DNA of 64,000 nucleotides, taken from positions 547 to 64,546 of the forward strand of contig JAQWLJ010000021.1 of NCBI GenBank assembly GCA_029247365.1, written 5' to 3'. This DNA comes from Acidimicrobiales bacterium. Its GTDB lineage: Bacteria; Actinomycetota; Acidimicrobiia; Acidimicrobiales; Aldehydirespiratoraceae. Made by a program: the position numbers and the translations under genes. Numbering within the stretch: the first letter of the stretch is position 1; each line of letters opens with the position of its first letter. Below are positions 49,728 through 63,730 of this stretch, in pieces. Below the pieces are notes generated by a model. It was not told where the DNA came from, ran no database searches, and saw only the letters and a program-made list of their open reading frames with translations.

Positions 49728-50042
49728 TCAGCCGAAGACCGCCACAAGGCCGCGTCGCTGATTCTCACCGAGTCCACGGATGCGACGGCTTTCGGCGATA
49801 CCAATCGCTTCCATGGTGCGGCGAGCCTTGACCTTGCCGATCCCGGGGAGCGACTCGAGGATCGTGAGGATCTTCGTATTGTTGAGGATCTCATCGCTCT
49901 CTGCTGCGTCGAGCAGTTCCAAAAACGTGAGGTCACCGTCCTTAAGGCGCTGCTTAGCGTCAGCGCGCACGCGTCGCGCTTCAGCTGCTTTGGCGAGCGC
50001 GGCTTGGCGAGCTTCATCGCTGAGAATGGGCGGGGTCGCCAT
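49728..50042 (-). CDS. mihF: actinobacterial integration host factor
   Basis: MATPPILSDEARQAALAKAAEARRVRA...LESLPGIGKVKARRTME. Position between pyrF and gmk. Confidence 0.88.
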   Translation of the reverse strand: MATPPILSDEARQAALAKAAEARRVRADAKQRLKDGDLTFLELLDAAESDEILNNTKILTILESLPGIGKVKARRTMEAIGIAESRRIRGLGENQRRGLVAVFG

Positions 50043-50052
50043 GTGCGTGACC

Positions 50053-50772
50053 CTAGCGGGATGGTCGATCTGCGACAGCGGCAGACTCGTGGATCTGCTG
50101 TGCTGCGGCAACCGGGTCGTCGGCCTGCGTCACGGAGCGACCGATGACGAGGAGATCAGAGCCGCTTGCAAGCGCGTCACTCGGCGACGCGGCGCGGGCT
50201 TGGTCGTCGTTCCTGTCACCCGGAAGTCGGATGCCGGGTGTGACTCGCAGGAGTCGGGGCGCGTAGTGGTGCGCCTCTACCAAATCGCCGACTGCGCACA
50301 CGATGCCCGAGCAGCCAGCCTCGGCAGCAAGCATGACCCGCTTCGGCATCACCTCGGCCGGCGCGTCACCGTCGCTGGTGAGCACAGTTATGGCGAGCGA
50401 CTTCGGTTCGGGAAGGCCGGCGTTGCGGGCGCCCTCTTGAAGGCCCTGCACCCCAGCCTGCAGCATCGCGACTCCACCGTGAGCGTGCATGGTGAGGTAC
50501 TGCACCCCAAAAGCGCCAAGCACGCGGGCCGCTCTCCCTACCGTCGTCGGGATGTCGTGCAACTTCAGATCGAGGAAAATCGAGTAGCCCAGATCGGCGA
50601 TGGCGCCGATCGCCTCGGGCCCTGCGGCGGAGTACAACTCAAGACCGATTTTGGCGACCGAGAAGTAGTCCCTCATTTCCCGCCCGATGCGGATCGCCGC
50701 GACCAGATCGTCGACGTCGAGCGCCAATGCGAGGCGGTCCTTGACCGCGGGGTCGATCTCGAACTCAGCCAT
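50053..50772 (-). CDS. pyrF: orotidine 5'-phosphate decarboxylase
   Basis: LALALDV and FLDLKLHDIPTTV motifs. Confidence 0.93.
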   Translation of the reverse strand: MAEFEIDPAVKDRLALALDVDDLVAAIRIGREMRDYFSVAKIGLELYSAAGPEAIGAIADLGYSIFLDLKLHDIPTTVGRAARVLGAFGVQYLTMHAHGGVAMLQAGVQGLQEGARNAGLPEPKSLAITVLTSDGDAPAEVMPKRVMLAAEAGCSGIVCAVGDLVEAHHYAPRLLRVTPGIRLPGDRNDDQARAASPSDALASGSDLLVIGRSVTQADDPVAAAQQIHESAAVADRPSR

Positions 50773-51675
50773 GCGCTCCTCCGATTAATTCAGTCATAGA
50801 CCCGACGCCGTGCCGATCGCACCACGTTGTGAACTCCGCCAAGATTCGCCGGGGAGCCCGAGGATCTGCGAATGTCGCCGTCCCAACTTCGACTGCAGAA
50901 GCCCCGGCGAGAAGAAACTCTACGACATCAGCTCCGCTCGATGTTCCACCGACCCCGACGATCGGGATGTCCGGAAGCGCCTCGTACACGTCGTACACGG
51001 CCCGCACCGCGACTGGATGCATCGCAGCACCTGACAAGCCGCCCTTCTTCGCCCCAAGCAGCGGGCGGCGTGACTCGATATCGATCACCATGCCGAGCAG
51101 CGTGTTGGTGAGCACGACTGCCTCGGCACCGGCGCGGTGAGCCGCTTCGGCAATCTCGGGCAGGTCGGCCGCGTTGGGGCTGAGCTTCGCCCACCGCGGC
51201 CGGCGGCAGGCCGCAGCCGCATCGATCACCTCGGCGGTGGCGGTGCGGCTGTGGGCAAACATCGAACCGCGGCCTTCCAGATTCGGACATGACACATTGA
51301 TTTCGACGGCGACGACTCCAGCAGGAGCATCGGCGAGCGCCGCCGCGGCGCGAGCGTAGTCATCGACGCTGCTGCCCCAGATCGAGGCAACGACCGTTGC
51401 ACCGGTGGCGAGCAACGGGGGGAGGTCGTGTTCAAGCCAGTGCGCAACCCCCTTACCCTGCAGCCCGACGCTGTTGATCATGCCTGCCGCAGTCGGGTGC
51501 ACTCGGGGCGCCGGGTTGCCGGCCCACGCTTCGGCCTTCATCGATTTGACCACGATCGCACCGAGTGACGCCGGGTCGAGGTAGTTCGCAAACTCAGCAC
51601 CATGGCCGGCGGTTCCCGACGCCGTCATCACGGGGGCGCGCAGCCCGACCGACCCGACGGTCGTCGAGAGGTCCA

Positions 51676-51676
<1 letters not shown>
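50765..51676 (-). CDS. pyrD: dihydroorotate dehydrogenase, class 1 (Cys-type active site)
   Basis: NVSCPN active-site loop, GGLSGAAMHPVA, VGVGGTSSGADVVEFLLAGASAVEVGTA. Confidence 0.9.
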
Positions 51677-54978
<3,302 letters not shown>

Positions 54979-54979
54979 C

Positions 54980-56074
54980 TCAGGCTGCCTTCCCGTCGAA
55001 GCGATCCATCAGTTCTGCAAACTCCTCGAACAGGTAAGTGGAGTCGTGCGGGCCGGGACCCGCCTCGGGGTGATACTGCACGCTGAACGCTGGGTAGTCG
55101 TTGTGCACCAGACCCTCGAGCGCGTCGTCGTTGAGACAGACATGGGTCTCGGTGACATTCGGAACCGAGCCGGCCTCAACTGCAAAGTTGTGGTTCTGAG
55201 CCGTGATCTCGACCTTGCCGGTGCGAGAGTCCCGCACCGGGACGTTGCCGCCGTGATGGCCAAACTTCATCTTGTAGGTCGTGCCGCCAAGGGCCAGTGA
55301 CAGGACCTGATGCCCGAGGCAGATACCAAAGATCGGCACCTTGCCCAGCATCTTCGGCAGCTCGTCGACGATCGGACCGGCCTGTTCGGGATCGCCCGGG
55401 CCGTTCGAGAGAAACACACCGTCGGGGTTCATCGCCATCACCTCATCGGCGGTGGTGTGGGCCGGGACAACCGTCACGGTGCCGAGTTCACCGAGGTACC
55501 GCAGCATCGTGGTCTTGACGCCGAAGTCGTAGGCGACGATCTTCCGTGGCCCATTCCCGACGGTGTAGGCATGCTTGGTGGTGACGAGGCCCACAAGGTC
55601 GACGCCAGCCGTGCCGGCCTCGGCCTGAGCAGCGGCGAGCAACGTCTCGTGATCAGCGGGCCCGAACGCGCCTGGCATTGCGCCACTGTCGCGGATGTGG
55701 CGGGTCAGGCGACGAGTGTCGGCTCCAGCGATACCTGCCAGCCCGTGGCGGCGCAGGAAGTCGTCGAGATGCTCCTCGCTACGCCAACTGCTCTGGCGGC
55801 GGGCGAGGTCACGAATGATCACGCCACGACAGAACGGACGGCTGGACTCGTCGTCGGCCGCGTTCACGCCATAGTTCCCGATGTGGGGGTAGGTAAAGGT
55901 AATGATCTGGCCGGCGTAGGAGGGATCGGTGATGACCTCCTGGTAGCCCGACAGCACCGTGTTGAACACGACCTCGCCAGCAGCAAACTCGTTGGTCCCC
56001 AGTTCGGCACCAATACCTTCACCCTCAAAGACCTCACCGTCGGCGAGGACCAGCTGATACTCCCTGATGGTCAC
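54980..56074 (-). CDS. carA: carbamoyl-phosphate synthase small (glutaminase) subunit
   Basis: GTG 56074 overlaps the pyrC stop. Catalytic GICLGHQ and HHGGN. Confidence 0.95.
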   Translation of the reverse strand: MTIREYQLVLADGEVFEGEGIGAELGTNEFAAGEVVFNTVLSGYQEVITDPSYAGQIITFTYPHIGNYGVNAADDESSRPFCRGVIIRDLARRQSSWRSEEHLDDFLRRHGLAGIAGADTRRLTRHIRDSGAMPGAFGPADHETLLAAAQAEAGTAGVDLVGLVTTKHAYTVGNGPRKIVAYDFGVKTTMLRYLGELGTVTVVPAHTTADEVMAMNPDGVFLSNGPGDPEQAGPIVDELPKMLGKVPIFGICLGHQVLSLALGGTTYKMKFGHHGGNVPVRDSRTGKVEITAQNHNFAVEAGSVPNVTETHVCLNDDALEGLVHNDYPAFSVQYHPEAGPGPHDSTYLFEEFAELMDRFDGKAA

Positions 56075-57369
56075 CGCGTTGCTTCTCCCATATTGACCAC
56101 GTGATCTCCGTTCCAGAAGGTGTGTCGAACTCTGCCGCGGACCGAGCGGCCTTCGTACGGGGTATTCATGCTCCGACTGGCCATCGCTGCGCCGGTGACT
56201 GTCCACTCCTCGTCGAGGTCGAGGATGGTGATGTTGGCCGGACGCCCGACTTCGATGGTGCCGCCGTGGCGGTCGTCGATCCCAGCGATGCGCGCCGGAT
56301 TGACCGAGAGCAGCCCGACGAGCTGTTCAATGTCGGCGCCGAGTTCGGTATTCGCAACCGCGAAGGCCGTCTCGAGGCCAAGCATGCCGGGCGGGGCTGA
56401 CAGGAACGGTCGCTCCTTGGCCTGACGAGTGTGCGGTGCGTGATCGGTGGCGATTGCATCGATGGCGCCATCGAGCAGACCGGCCTTGACCGCCGCAATG
56501 TCGGCATCGGTGCGTAGCGGCGGGTGCACCTTGAACGCCGGATCGAACGTCTGACAGGCACTGTGATCAAGGGTGAAGTGATGGGTGGTTGCCTCCGCCG
56601 TGATCGCCAGACCTTCTTCCTTGGCCGCTCGGATCATCGACACGCTGCCGACGGTCGAGACGTGCTGGAAGTGCACCCGACCACCGGTCAACCGCGCCAG
56701 TGCGACGTCGCGCATAACCATGAGCTCTTCGGCCTCAGCCGGCTGCCCCGGCATACCCAGCACACTTGACCACTCCCCCTCATGCATCACGCCGCCAGCG
56801 GCAAGCGCTTCAACCTCACAGTGCTGGGCGAGGACGACACTGAACCCATCGGCCAGGTGGTTGAGCCCGCGTGCGTACTCGAGCGCAGCGCGCATGAGCC
56901 GGGCGTCCTGGAGACCGGCACCGTCGTCAGTAAAGATGCGCACGCCTGCCCGGACGAGCTCAGCCATCGGCGCAAGCTGCTCTCCGGCTCGACCGACCGT
57001 CATCGCCGCAGAAGGGACGATCTCGCAGAGCGCGTCAGAAGCAGCGTCATAGATCTGCTGCACGACGGCAATGCTGTCGATCGCCGGCGCAGTATTTGGC
57101 ATGGCCACACAGGCTGTGAATCCGCCCAGCGCAGCGCCACGCGACCCGGAGTGGATCGTCTCGGCTTCCTCATCACCCGGCTCGCGTAGATGGGTGTGAA
57201 GGTCGACAAAGCCGGGGCTGACGACGAGACCATCAGCGTCGATGACGGTGTCGCCATCGAGCTTGTCTCCCATCTCCACGACCACACCGTTCTCGAGTCG
57301 GAGATCGGCTCGACGGGTCCCGTTGGCATCGACAATCGTGGCGTTCGTGATGGCAATGTCGGTACTCAC
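56071..57369 (-). CDS. pyrC: dihydroorotase
   Basis: GFVDLHTHLREPG metal site; TDHAPH. Confidence 0.95.
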   Translation of the reverse strand: MSTDIAITNATIVDANGTRRADLRLENGVVVEMGDKLDGDTVIDADGLVVSPGFVDLHTHLREPGDEEAETIHSGSRGAALGGFTACVAMPNTAPAIDSIAVVQQIYDAASDALCEIVPSAAMTVGRAGEQLAPMAELVRAGVRIFTDDGAGLQDARLMRAALEYARGLNHLADGFSVVLAQHCEVEALAAGGVMHEGEWSSVLGMPGQPAEAEELMVMRDVALARLTGGRVHFQHVSTVGSVSMIRAAKEEGLAITAEATTHHFTLDHSACQTFDPAFKVHPPLRTDADIAAVKAGLLDGAIDAIATDHAPHTRQAKERPFLSAPPGMLGLETAFAVANTELGADIEQLVGLLSVNPARIAGIDDRHGGTIEVGRPANITILDLDEEWTVTGAAMASRSMNTPYEGRSVRGRVRHTFWNGDHVVNMGEATR

Positions 57370-58337
57370 GCAATCGCCCTTTGATCATCCACCACGTCGA
57401 GGCCGGAGCCGAGCAGCAGGAACAAGACCGCCATGCGGACCGAGACGCCGTTGGCAACCTGTTCGGTGATGACTGCGGCGGGCCGGTCGGCGACCTCACC
57501 GGCGATCTCGACGCCGCGGTTCATCGGGCCGGGGTGCATGATCAGCGCATGGTCCGACAATCGGTCGGCCCGCGCGCTCGTGAGCCCGTACTCAGCGTGA
57601 TACTCCCGCAGGCTCGGTACGACAGCCTGGCCCTGCCGTTCGAGCTGCATACGGAGCAGATAGCAGACGTCGAGATCGTCGAGGATCTCGTCGAGATCAT
57701 GGGTGACCTCGACCGGCCAGCCTTCGAGCGCCGACGGCAGCAGCGTCGGCGGTGCAACCAGCGTGACCTTCGCTCCCATCTTCGAGAAGCCGAGCGCGTT
57801 GCTTCGAGCGACTCGGCTATGCGTGATGTCGCCGACGATGGCGATGTGCTTGCCCTCGAGATCTTCGAGGTGGTGGCGGGCCGTGTAGAGGTCGAGCAGC
57901 GACTGTGTGGGGTGCTGATGCCAGCCGTCACCGGCATTGATGACCGCCGCACCGCTCCACTGGCTGACCTGGTGAGGCGCACCGGCGGCGCCGTGACGCA
58001 CCACGATGCCATCGATTCCCATCGCGTCGATCGTCTCGACCGTGTCACGAAGCGATTCGCCCTTGTTGACCGAACTGCTACCGACACTGAAGTTCATCGT
58101 GTCGGCCGAAAGTCGTTTCGCTGCCGTCTCGAAGCTAAGGCGAGTGCGGGTGCTGTCCTCGTAGAACAGCCAAGCGATCGTCTTTCCTCGGAGAGCCGGA
58201 ACACGCGGAATGCTGCGCTCTCCCACCTCGGCGAACGACTCAGTGAGGTTAAGGATCTGCTCGATGTCGTTGCGATCGAGATCGGCCATCGACAGCAGAT
58301 GCTTCGGGCCGCGTTGGCGCAGCCAGGTTGCGGTCAC
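57366..58337 (-). CDS. pyrB: aspartate carbamoyltransferase catalytic subunit
   Basis: [29 protein letters not shown]. Confidence 0.95.
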   Translation of the reverse strand: MTATWLRQRGPKHLLSMADLDRNDIEQILNLTESFAEVGERSIPRVPALRGKTIAWLFYEDSTRTRLSFETAAKRLSADTMNFSVGSSSVNKGESLRDTVETIDAMGIDGIVVRHGAAGAPHQVSQWSGAAVINAGDGWHQHPTQSLLDLYTARHHLEDLEGKHIAIVGDITHSRVARSNALGFSKMGAKVTLVAPPTLLPSALEGWPVEVTHDLDEILDDLDVCYLLRMQLERQGQAVVPSLREYHAEYGLTSARADRLSDHALIMHPGPMNRGVEIAGEVADRPAAVITEQVANGVSVRMAVLFLLLGSGLDVVDDQRAIA

Positions 58338-58900
58338 GGCAGCATCTCGCCGAGGTCGACGCCATCGTCGTTGACGTCGACCATCTCGTTTCGCCGAGTC
58401 GGCAGGTTCTTGCCTACATAGTCCGGACGGATCGGAAGCTCGCGATGGCCTCGGTCGACCATGACAGCGAGCTGGATCGACTGGGGTCGCCCGTAGGAGT
58501 GGATTGCGTCGAGCGCTGCGCGCACCGTGCGGCCGGTGAACAACACGTCGTCGACGAGAACGATCGTCTTGCCGGTTGGGTCGTCTGGAATAGCAGTCGC
58601 TGCTTCCGGCATCACCGGGCGAAGACCGAAGTCGTCGCGGTGCATCGTGGCGTCGAGCGTGCCGATTGGAATCTGCGAACCCTCGATCGCGGTCACTGCC
58701 GCAGCAAGTCGGCTTGCGAGTTCAACGCCACCGGTCTGCATCCCAATGATCATGACGCCGGCTGCGCCATGGTTCCGTTCGAGGATCTCGTGGGCCATGC
58801 GTTTGACTGCACGGGAAACGTCGTCGGCCGACATGACCCGCGTACGCGATTGGAAGGTGCCACTCGCGGAACCCGCGAGTAGGCGCTCTCGTTCTGCCAT
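58334..58900 (-). CDS. pyrR: bifunctional pyrimidine operon regulator / uracil phosphoribosyltransferase
   Basis: PRPP motif [18 protein letters not shown]. First gene of the pyr operon. Confidence 0.93.
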   Translation of the reverse strand: MAERERLLAGSASGTFQSRTRVMSADDVSRAVKRMAHEILERNHGAAGVMIIGMQTGGVELASRLAAAVTAIEGSQIPIGTLDATMHRDDFGLRPVMPEAATAIPDDPTGKTIVLVDDVLFTGRTVRAALDAIHSYGRPQSIQLAVMVDRGHRELPIRPDYVGKNLPTRRNEMVDVNDDGVDLGEMLP

Positions 58901-58914
58901 CTGTGTTCTCTTTC

Positions 58915-58949
58915 GTCCGTACGGGCCTCACAGGACCCGTTTCACGGTC
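58915..58949 (-). promoter_or_regulatory. putative PyrR-binding stem-loop in the pyrR leader
   Basis: Minus-strand RNA GACCGU-GAA-ACGGG-UCCUGUGAGG-CCCGU-ACGGAC. The loop UCCUGUGAGGC resembles the UCCAGAGAGGC core of PyrR binding loops. It ends about 14 nt before the AUG, next to the GAAAGAG Shine-Dalgarno region. Confidence 0.45.
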
Positions 58950-59025
58950 GAGATCTGAACATACACGTCGCGCGTCGCCGTGCGGCGCGCGCGGGGTGAG
59001 GATTTCTCGCCAGCCTCGGCAGGCG

Positions 59026-60027
59026 TCAGTCGAGACCGCGAAGGAACGTCACCAAGGCGTGATTCACCTCAGCGGGCCGTTCCTGCTGAATCCAATGACC
59101 GACGCCATCGAGGATCTCGAAGTGGCGCAGGCCGGGCAGGCTCTCAACAAGGGCAAGATTGGCGGGCGTGTTACCGGCGATCATGTCGGTCGAACCGGCC
59201 ATGTAGAACGAAGGCTGCTTGATCGTCGAGCCAACGAACGGCCCGGTGATCGCCGGCAATGCATCGATGTTGCGGTACCAGTTGAAGCCACCGCGAAACC
59301 CAACCCTCGTGTGCTGGTCGACATAGAACGAAACGTCATCCTCGGTCAGCCAGGCTGGGAGCTTCGGAGGAACGACCAACTGCTGCGTCATGGTCTCACC
59401 CACGGGAAAGTGGCCGTCCCAGCCCTCGGACAGGAAACCGTCGGTGATCGCATCACCGGACAGCGTGTAGAGCACACCTCGAACACTGCGATCGACGTCC
59501 GCCTCGAAGTCGGCTTCGGCAATTCCAGGCTCGGCGAAGAACAGCCGGTAGTAGTTGCGATCGGGGCCCGCATTGGCCTCCATCGCCATCGTGGTGGTGA
59601 CGCCGTCGGGGAGCGCACCGATCGGCGGGATAAACGGAACGCTGAGTCCGGCGACCGCACGGAACAGATCAGGTCGCATCAGCGCCGAGAACCACGCCAC
59701 CGGCGCGCCCCAGTCATGCCCGACTATGACTGCTTGCTCACCTGGCGCGAGAACGTTGACCGCACCGACCACATCACCGACGAGGTGGTTGATTGTGTAT
59801 GCCCCTATCTCATGCGGAGCATCGGTCTCACCGTAGCCACGCATGGAGAGCGCTACGGCGCGAAAACCAGCCTTTGCGACGACCTGGAGTTGGTGACGCC
59901 ACGAGTACCACGACTCCGGCCAACCGTGGCAGAACACGACAAGGGGCCCCTCCCCCGCCTCGACGTAGTGAATCGAGATGCCGTTCGCTTCAAGGTGACC
60001 GTGACTGAGGTCGTCGATACTCGTCAT
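59026..60027 (-). CDS. alpha/beta hydrolase, epoxide-hydrolase-like
   Basis: ORF trimmed to ATG 60027. FCHGWPESWYSWRHQ and nucleophile elbow VGHDWGA. Confidence 0.85.
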   Translation of the reverse strand: MTSIDDLSHGHLEANGISIHYVEAGEGPLVVFCHGWPESWYSWRHQLQVVAKAGFRAVALSMRGYGETDAPHEIGAYTINHLVGDVVGAVNVLAPGEQAVIVGHDWGAPVAWFSALMRPDLFRAVAGLSVPFIPPIGALPDGVTTTMAMEANAGPDRNYYRLFFAEPGIAEADFEADVDRSVRGVLYTLSGDAITDGFLSEGWDGHFPVGETMTQQLVVPPKLPAWLTEDDVSFYVDQHTRVGFRGGFNWYRNIDALPAITGPFVGSTIKQPSFYMAGSTDMIAGNTPANLALVESLPGLRHFEILDGVGHWIQQERPAEVNHALVTFLRGLD

Positions 60028-60082
60028 GGGCCGCAGCCTGCCACACTGCTCATGGAACACCGGTCCGATTGGGCACCAGGCG

Positions 60083-60580
60083 CTAGGCAGTTCCGCCGCG
60101 GTGATGGCAGACGTAGGCGTGAGGCAGGCCCTCGCCGCCTCGCCGAAGCAGATCAAAACCGCCGTGTTCGGCAACACGGACAGATCCGGGATTCTCGATC
60201 CCGATCTCGGCGACGAGTGTGACAAGCCCGAACACGTCGAACGCAAGCGCTGTCATGGCTCGCACCGCTGCGCTCGCATAGCCGTTACCTCGGTGCTCGA
60301 CCGACGTCCACCAACCTATCAGGGCTGCCTTGCGACGTTGATCGATCGAAGAGAGGCCAACTTCACCCACGCACGCGTCGTCGACCGCAATCACCCGGTC
60401 GATAGCGAGGAGGCGTTGCTCGCGAACTGCGCAGCCCTCGATCCAACGCTCTGCTGCGGCGGTGCTGCGTTCGTCGGGCGGTTGAGCGCCAGCGGTGATC
60501 GTCGGATCGTTCCAGGCCGCGGCCAAGACACGCGCATCCTGTGCCCGCCAAGCACGCAGCGTCACCAGTGGGTCAGCCAC
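60083..60580 (-). CDS. GNAT-family N-acetyltransferase (RimJ/RimL-like)
   Basis: LRAWRAQDA...WWTSVEHRGNGYASAAVRAMTALAF...ENPGSVRVAEHGGF. GTG 60580 overlaps the nusB end by 8 nt. Confidence 0.75.
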   Translation of the reverse strand: MADPLVTLRAWRAQDARVLAAAWNDPTITAGAQPPDERSTAAAERWIEGCAVREQRLLAIDRVIAVDDACVGEVGLSSIDQRRKAALIGWWTSVEHRGNGYASAAVRAMTALAFDVFGLVTLVAEIGIENPGSVRVAEHGGFDLLRRGGEGLPHAYVCHHRGGTA

Positions 60581-60983
60581 GGACCTCAGTGGCAACGCTG
60601 CTGAGCACGCCATTGAGAAAACGGGGCGATGGCTCCGCGCAGTACTGGGTAGCAATCTCAACCGCCTCGGAGAGGACTACGCCAGTCGGAATGTCATTGC
60701 GTTCGCTGAGTTCCCACACCGCAATCCGGGCGATCACCCGGTCGACCAACGGCATTCGCTCGACTCGCCAGTTCTTGAGATGACGGCCAAGAAGAGCGTC
60801 AAGGTCGTCGCGTTCGTCGTCGACCCGCACGGCGATCTCGACAGCATACTCCGACGGAGCAACGTCACGCCCCGACAGCGCATCGTCGACGGGGTCCCCC
60901 GTCAGCTCCGCCTGATACAGGATCGCCAACGCCTCTTCACGCGCCTCACGGCGACTGCCAAAGCCTGGGATATCTGAGCTCAT
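60573..60983 (-). CDS. nusB: transcription antitermination factor NusB
   Basis: SRREAREEALAILYQAE...ERMPLVDRVIARIAVWEL. Confidence 0.93.
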   Translation of the reverse strand: MSSDIPGFGSRREAREEALAILYQAELTGDPVDDALSGRDVAPSEYAVEIAVRVDDERDDLDALLGRHLKNWRVERMPLVDRVIARIAVWELSERNDIPTGVVLSEAVEIATQYCAEPSPRFLNGVLSSVATEVRG

Positions 60984-61006
60984 GACGCTGCTCGAATCTC
61001 TGGCCG

Positions 61007-61570
61007 CTAGGCCCGGCTCAGGTACTCGCCGGAGCGAGTGTCGATCCTGACGCGCTCGCCCTGATCGATGAAGAGCGGAACCTGAATGACAAGACCGGTT
61101 TCGAGTGTGGCCGGCTTCGTGCCCCCAGACGACCGGTCACCCTGCAGGCCCGGCTCGGTGAACTCGATGTTCAACTCAACTGCGGCCGGCAGGTCGGTAC
61201 CCACGATCTCGGATCCAAACATCTCGAGCACGACCGATGAACCATCGACCACATAGTTGCCTGCGTCGCCGAGCGTCTCGGGGGCGACGTTGATCTGGTC
61301 GTACGTCTCGTTGTCCATGAAGACGTAGTCGTCGCCGTCCCGGTAGAGAAAGTTGAAGTTGCGCTTATCGATCGTGGCACGCTCGACCTTCTCACCGGCG
61401 CGGAAGGTGCGCTCAACGGTGCCACCAGCGCGGACGTTGCGCAGGCTGGTGCGAACAAATGCGTGGCCCTTGCCCGGCTTCACATGCTGGAAGTCGACTA
61501 CCTGAAAGAGGCCGTCCTCGAGTTCGAGGGTCATGCCGTTCTTCAGGTCGTTGGTGGTGATAGTGGGCAT
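61007..61570 (-). CDS. efp: elongation factor P
   Basis: TNDLKNGMTLELEDGLFQVVDFQHVKPGKGHAFVRT. Confidence 0.97.
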   Translation of the reverse strand: MPTITTNDLKNGMTLELEDGLFQVVDFQHVKPGKGHAFVRTSLRNVRAGGTVERTFRAGEKVERATIDKRNFNFLYRDGDDYVFMDNETYDQINVAPETLGDAGNYVVDGSSVVLEMFGSEIVGTDLPAAVELNIEFTEPGLQGDRSSGGTKPATLETGLVIQVPLFIDQGERVRIDTRSGEYLSRA

Positions 61571-61589
61571 CTGGGCTTCCTCGATCTTG

Positions 61590-62717
61590 CTAGGAGGGCG
61601 AGAGGTGGAGCTTGGGCGACAACGTCAGTGAGCGACAACCCATCTCGGTGACCACGAGAAGGTCTTCGACCCGAACCCCTCCAACGCCAGGGAGATACAC
61701 GCCGGGTTCGACAGTAAGCACGTGGCCGGGCTGGAGGATAGCGGTGTCGGTGGCATGCACGGACGGAAGCTCGTGAATGTCCAGGCCGACACCGTGGCCG
61801 GTGCCGTGGCCGAAGTGCTCGCCATGGCCAGCGTTACGGATGATCGACCGGCACGCTTCGTCGACCTCGCGAGCTTCGATACCGGGCCGAACCGTGGCCA
61901 CACCCGCCGCTTGCGCCTTGGTAACGAGGCTGTGAATTTCGATCGCAGTATCGCTGGCCGCCGCCGCGCCGCCGATCACGAACGTGCGAGTCATATCGCT
62001 GCGATAACCGTCGACTAGGCCGCCGACGTCGATCACAACCAGATCGCCGGTCTCCATCACACGGTCGGTCGGACGGGCATGGGGCAGCGCCGCGTTGGGA
62101 CCGGAACCAACGATGGTCTCGTAACCGGGCCCCGAGGCGCCCGACGCCCGGATGCCGTCGTCAAGCGCCTGGCCGATCTCGCGCTCGGTGACTCCTGGAA
62201 CAAGTAACTCCTCGACCCCAGCGAGCACACCGTCGGTGATTATCGCCGCCTTGGAAATCCGAGCGAGTTCGGCTCCGTCCTTCATGGCCCGCAACTCGGT
62301 GAGCACCCGAGCGGTCGGGATCAAAGCGACAGCATCGGAAACCTCACTCTCCCAACGCTGCACAACCGACCACGTGACGACGTCGGCTTCGAGTGCAACC
62401 CGCCGGGCAGACCCGAGTGCGGCAGCCGCGCCAGTGACGAGCCATCGGTCGAGGACAATGGAAGCTGAGCATCCGGCCTCGGCGAGTTGATCGGGAGCCT
62501 GAGTGGCGTACCGGCCGTCAGTGACCAACGTGAACGCATCGGCGGTGACCACGGCCGCGCCATTCGAGCCCGTGAATCCGGTGAGCCACCGCAGGCTCGA
62601 AAGACCCGAGACCACGAAGCCGTCAAGTTCTCGTTCAGCCATGACCTTGCGCAGCTTGTCGACCCGGCCCTCGACCCGTAGGGGCGGCAGCGACGCAAGA
62701 ACCTCGGCGCTGGTCAT
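61590..62717 (-). CDS. M24-family Xaa-Pro aminopeptidase
   Basis: [35 protein letters not shown]...[16 protein letters not shown] overlaps the aroB stop. Confidence 0.9.
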   Translation of the reverse strand: MTSAEVLASLPPLRVEGRVDKLRKVMAERELDGFVVSGLSSLRWLTGFTGSNGAAVVTADAFTLVTDGRYATQAPDQLAEAGCSASIVLDRWLVTGAAAALGSARRVALEADVVTWSVVQRWESEVSDAVALIPTARVLTELRAMKDGAELARISKAAIITDGVLAGVEELLVPGVTEREIGQALDDGIRASGASGPGYETIVGSGPNAALPHARPTDRVMETGDLVVIDVGGLVDGYRSDMTRTFVIGGAAAASDTAIEIHSLVTKAQAAGVATVRPGIEAREVDEACRSIIRNAGHGEHFGHGTGHGVGLDIHELPSVHATDTAILQPGHVLTVEPGVYLPGVGGVRVEDLLVVTEMGCRSLTLSPKLHLSPS

Positions 62718-63730
62718 CGGACCGCCGCAAATGAGTCGGCGAGGACGGTCGCGTCGATGCCGACGACAACTTCGACGCCGGCCGGACCGTCGAGCACGAA
62801 GGTCACACCATCGATCGCTTTCTTGTCGCTGGCGAAGAGGGCAAGCAGCGCATCGTCGGCGAGCGCATCGGGCACCGTGGAAGGAAGCTCGTAGGCCGAA
62901 AGCACCCGCTCGTGTTCAGCCACACGGGCTGCGTCGATCCGTCCGAGTCGGTGCGCCACCTCTGCCGCGTAGCGGATGCCGATCGCGACCGCCTCGCCGT
63001 GTCGCAGATCGTACTGGCCCGCCGTTTCGATTGCGTGGGCGAGTGTGTGCCCGTAATTCAGGATGGCCCGCTTGCCACCCTCGCGCTCATCATTCATCAC
63101 TACATCAGCCTTGATCTGCACGCATGCAGCGACCCGTTCATCGAGGGCGAGTTCGTCGAGTCGTCCACCACCAAGGAAGTGATATTTCGCGATCTCGCCG
63201 ACACCACACTGAAACTCGCGCCGAGGCAGGCTCTCAAGGGTCTCGGTATCGCAGATGACCGCTGATGGCTGCCAGAAAGCGCCGACCAAGTTCTTGCCCT
63301 CCGGGAGATTCACCCCCGTCTTGCCGCCGATCGCAGCGTCGACCTGCCCAAGCAGTGTGGTGGCCACAGAGACGAACCGGATTCCCCGGTGGTACACCGC
63401 AGCGACAAAGCCGCCGACGTCAGTCACCACGCCCCCACCAACTGCGACGATCGCGTCGGCTCGAGTGAACCCGGCCACTGCGAGCTGTCGACAGACATCT
63501 TCAACGACGGTCAGCGACTTGGCCGCCTCACCGTCCGGAATTTCGATGCGGATCGAGTCAACGCCAGGGTCGACACTCCACGGGATACCAGCCTGGGTGA
63601 TGACGGCAACCCGCTTGATGCCATCGGGAAGCACAGCCGCAAGCTCGCAACGCGCGCCGTGGCCGACCAGCACCGGGTAGCCCCGGTCGCCAAGATCGAC
63701 GGTGATGGTGGCGATCGAGCCAGATGTCAT
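62714..63730 (-). CDS. aroB: 3-dehydroquinate synthase
   Basis: ORF trimmed to ATG 63730 (MTSGSIATITVDLGDRGYPVLVG). GGGVVTDVGGFVAAVYHRGI, GKTGVN, NYGHTLAHAIE. Confidence 0.93.
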   Translation of the reverse strand: MTSGSIATITVDLGDRGYPVLVGHGARCELAAVLPDGIKRVAVITQAGIPWSVDPGVDSIRIEIPDGEAAKSLTVVEDVCRQLAVAGFTRADAIVAVGGGVVTDVGGFVAAVYHRGIRFVSVATTLLGQVDAAIGGKTGVNLPEGKNLVGAFWQPSAVICDTETLESLPRREFQCGVGEIAKYHFLGGGRLDELALDERVAACVQIKADVVMNDEREGGKRAILNYGHTLAHAIETAGQYDLRHGEAVAIGIRYAAEVAHRLGRIDAARVAEHERVLSAYELPSTVPDALADDALLALFASDKKAIDGVTFVLDGPAGVEVVVGIDATVLADSFAAVR

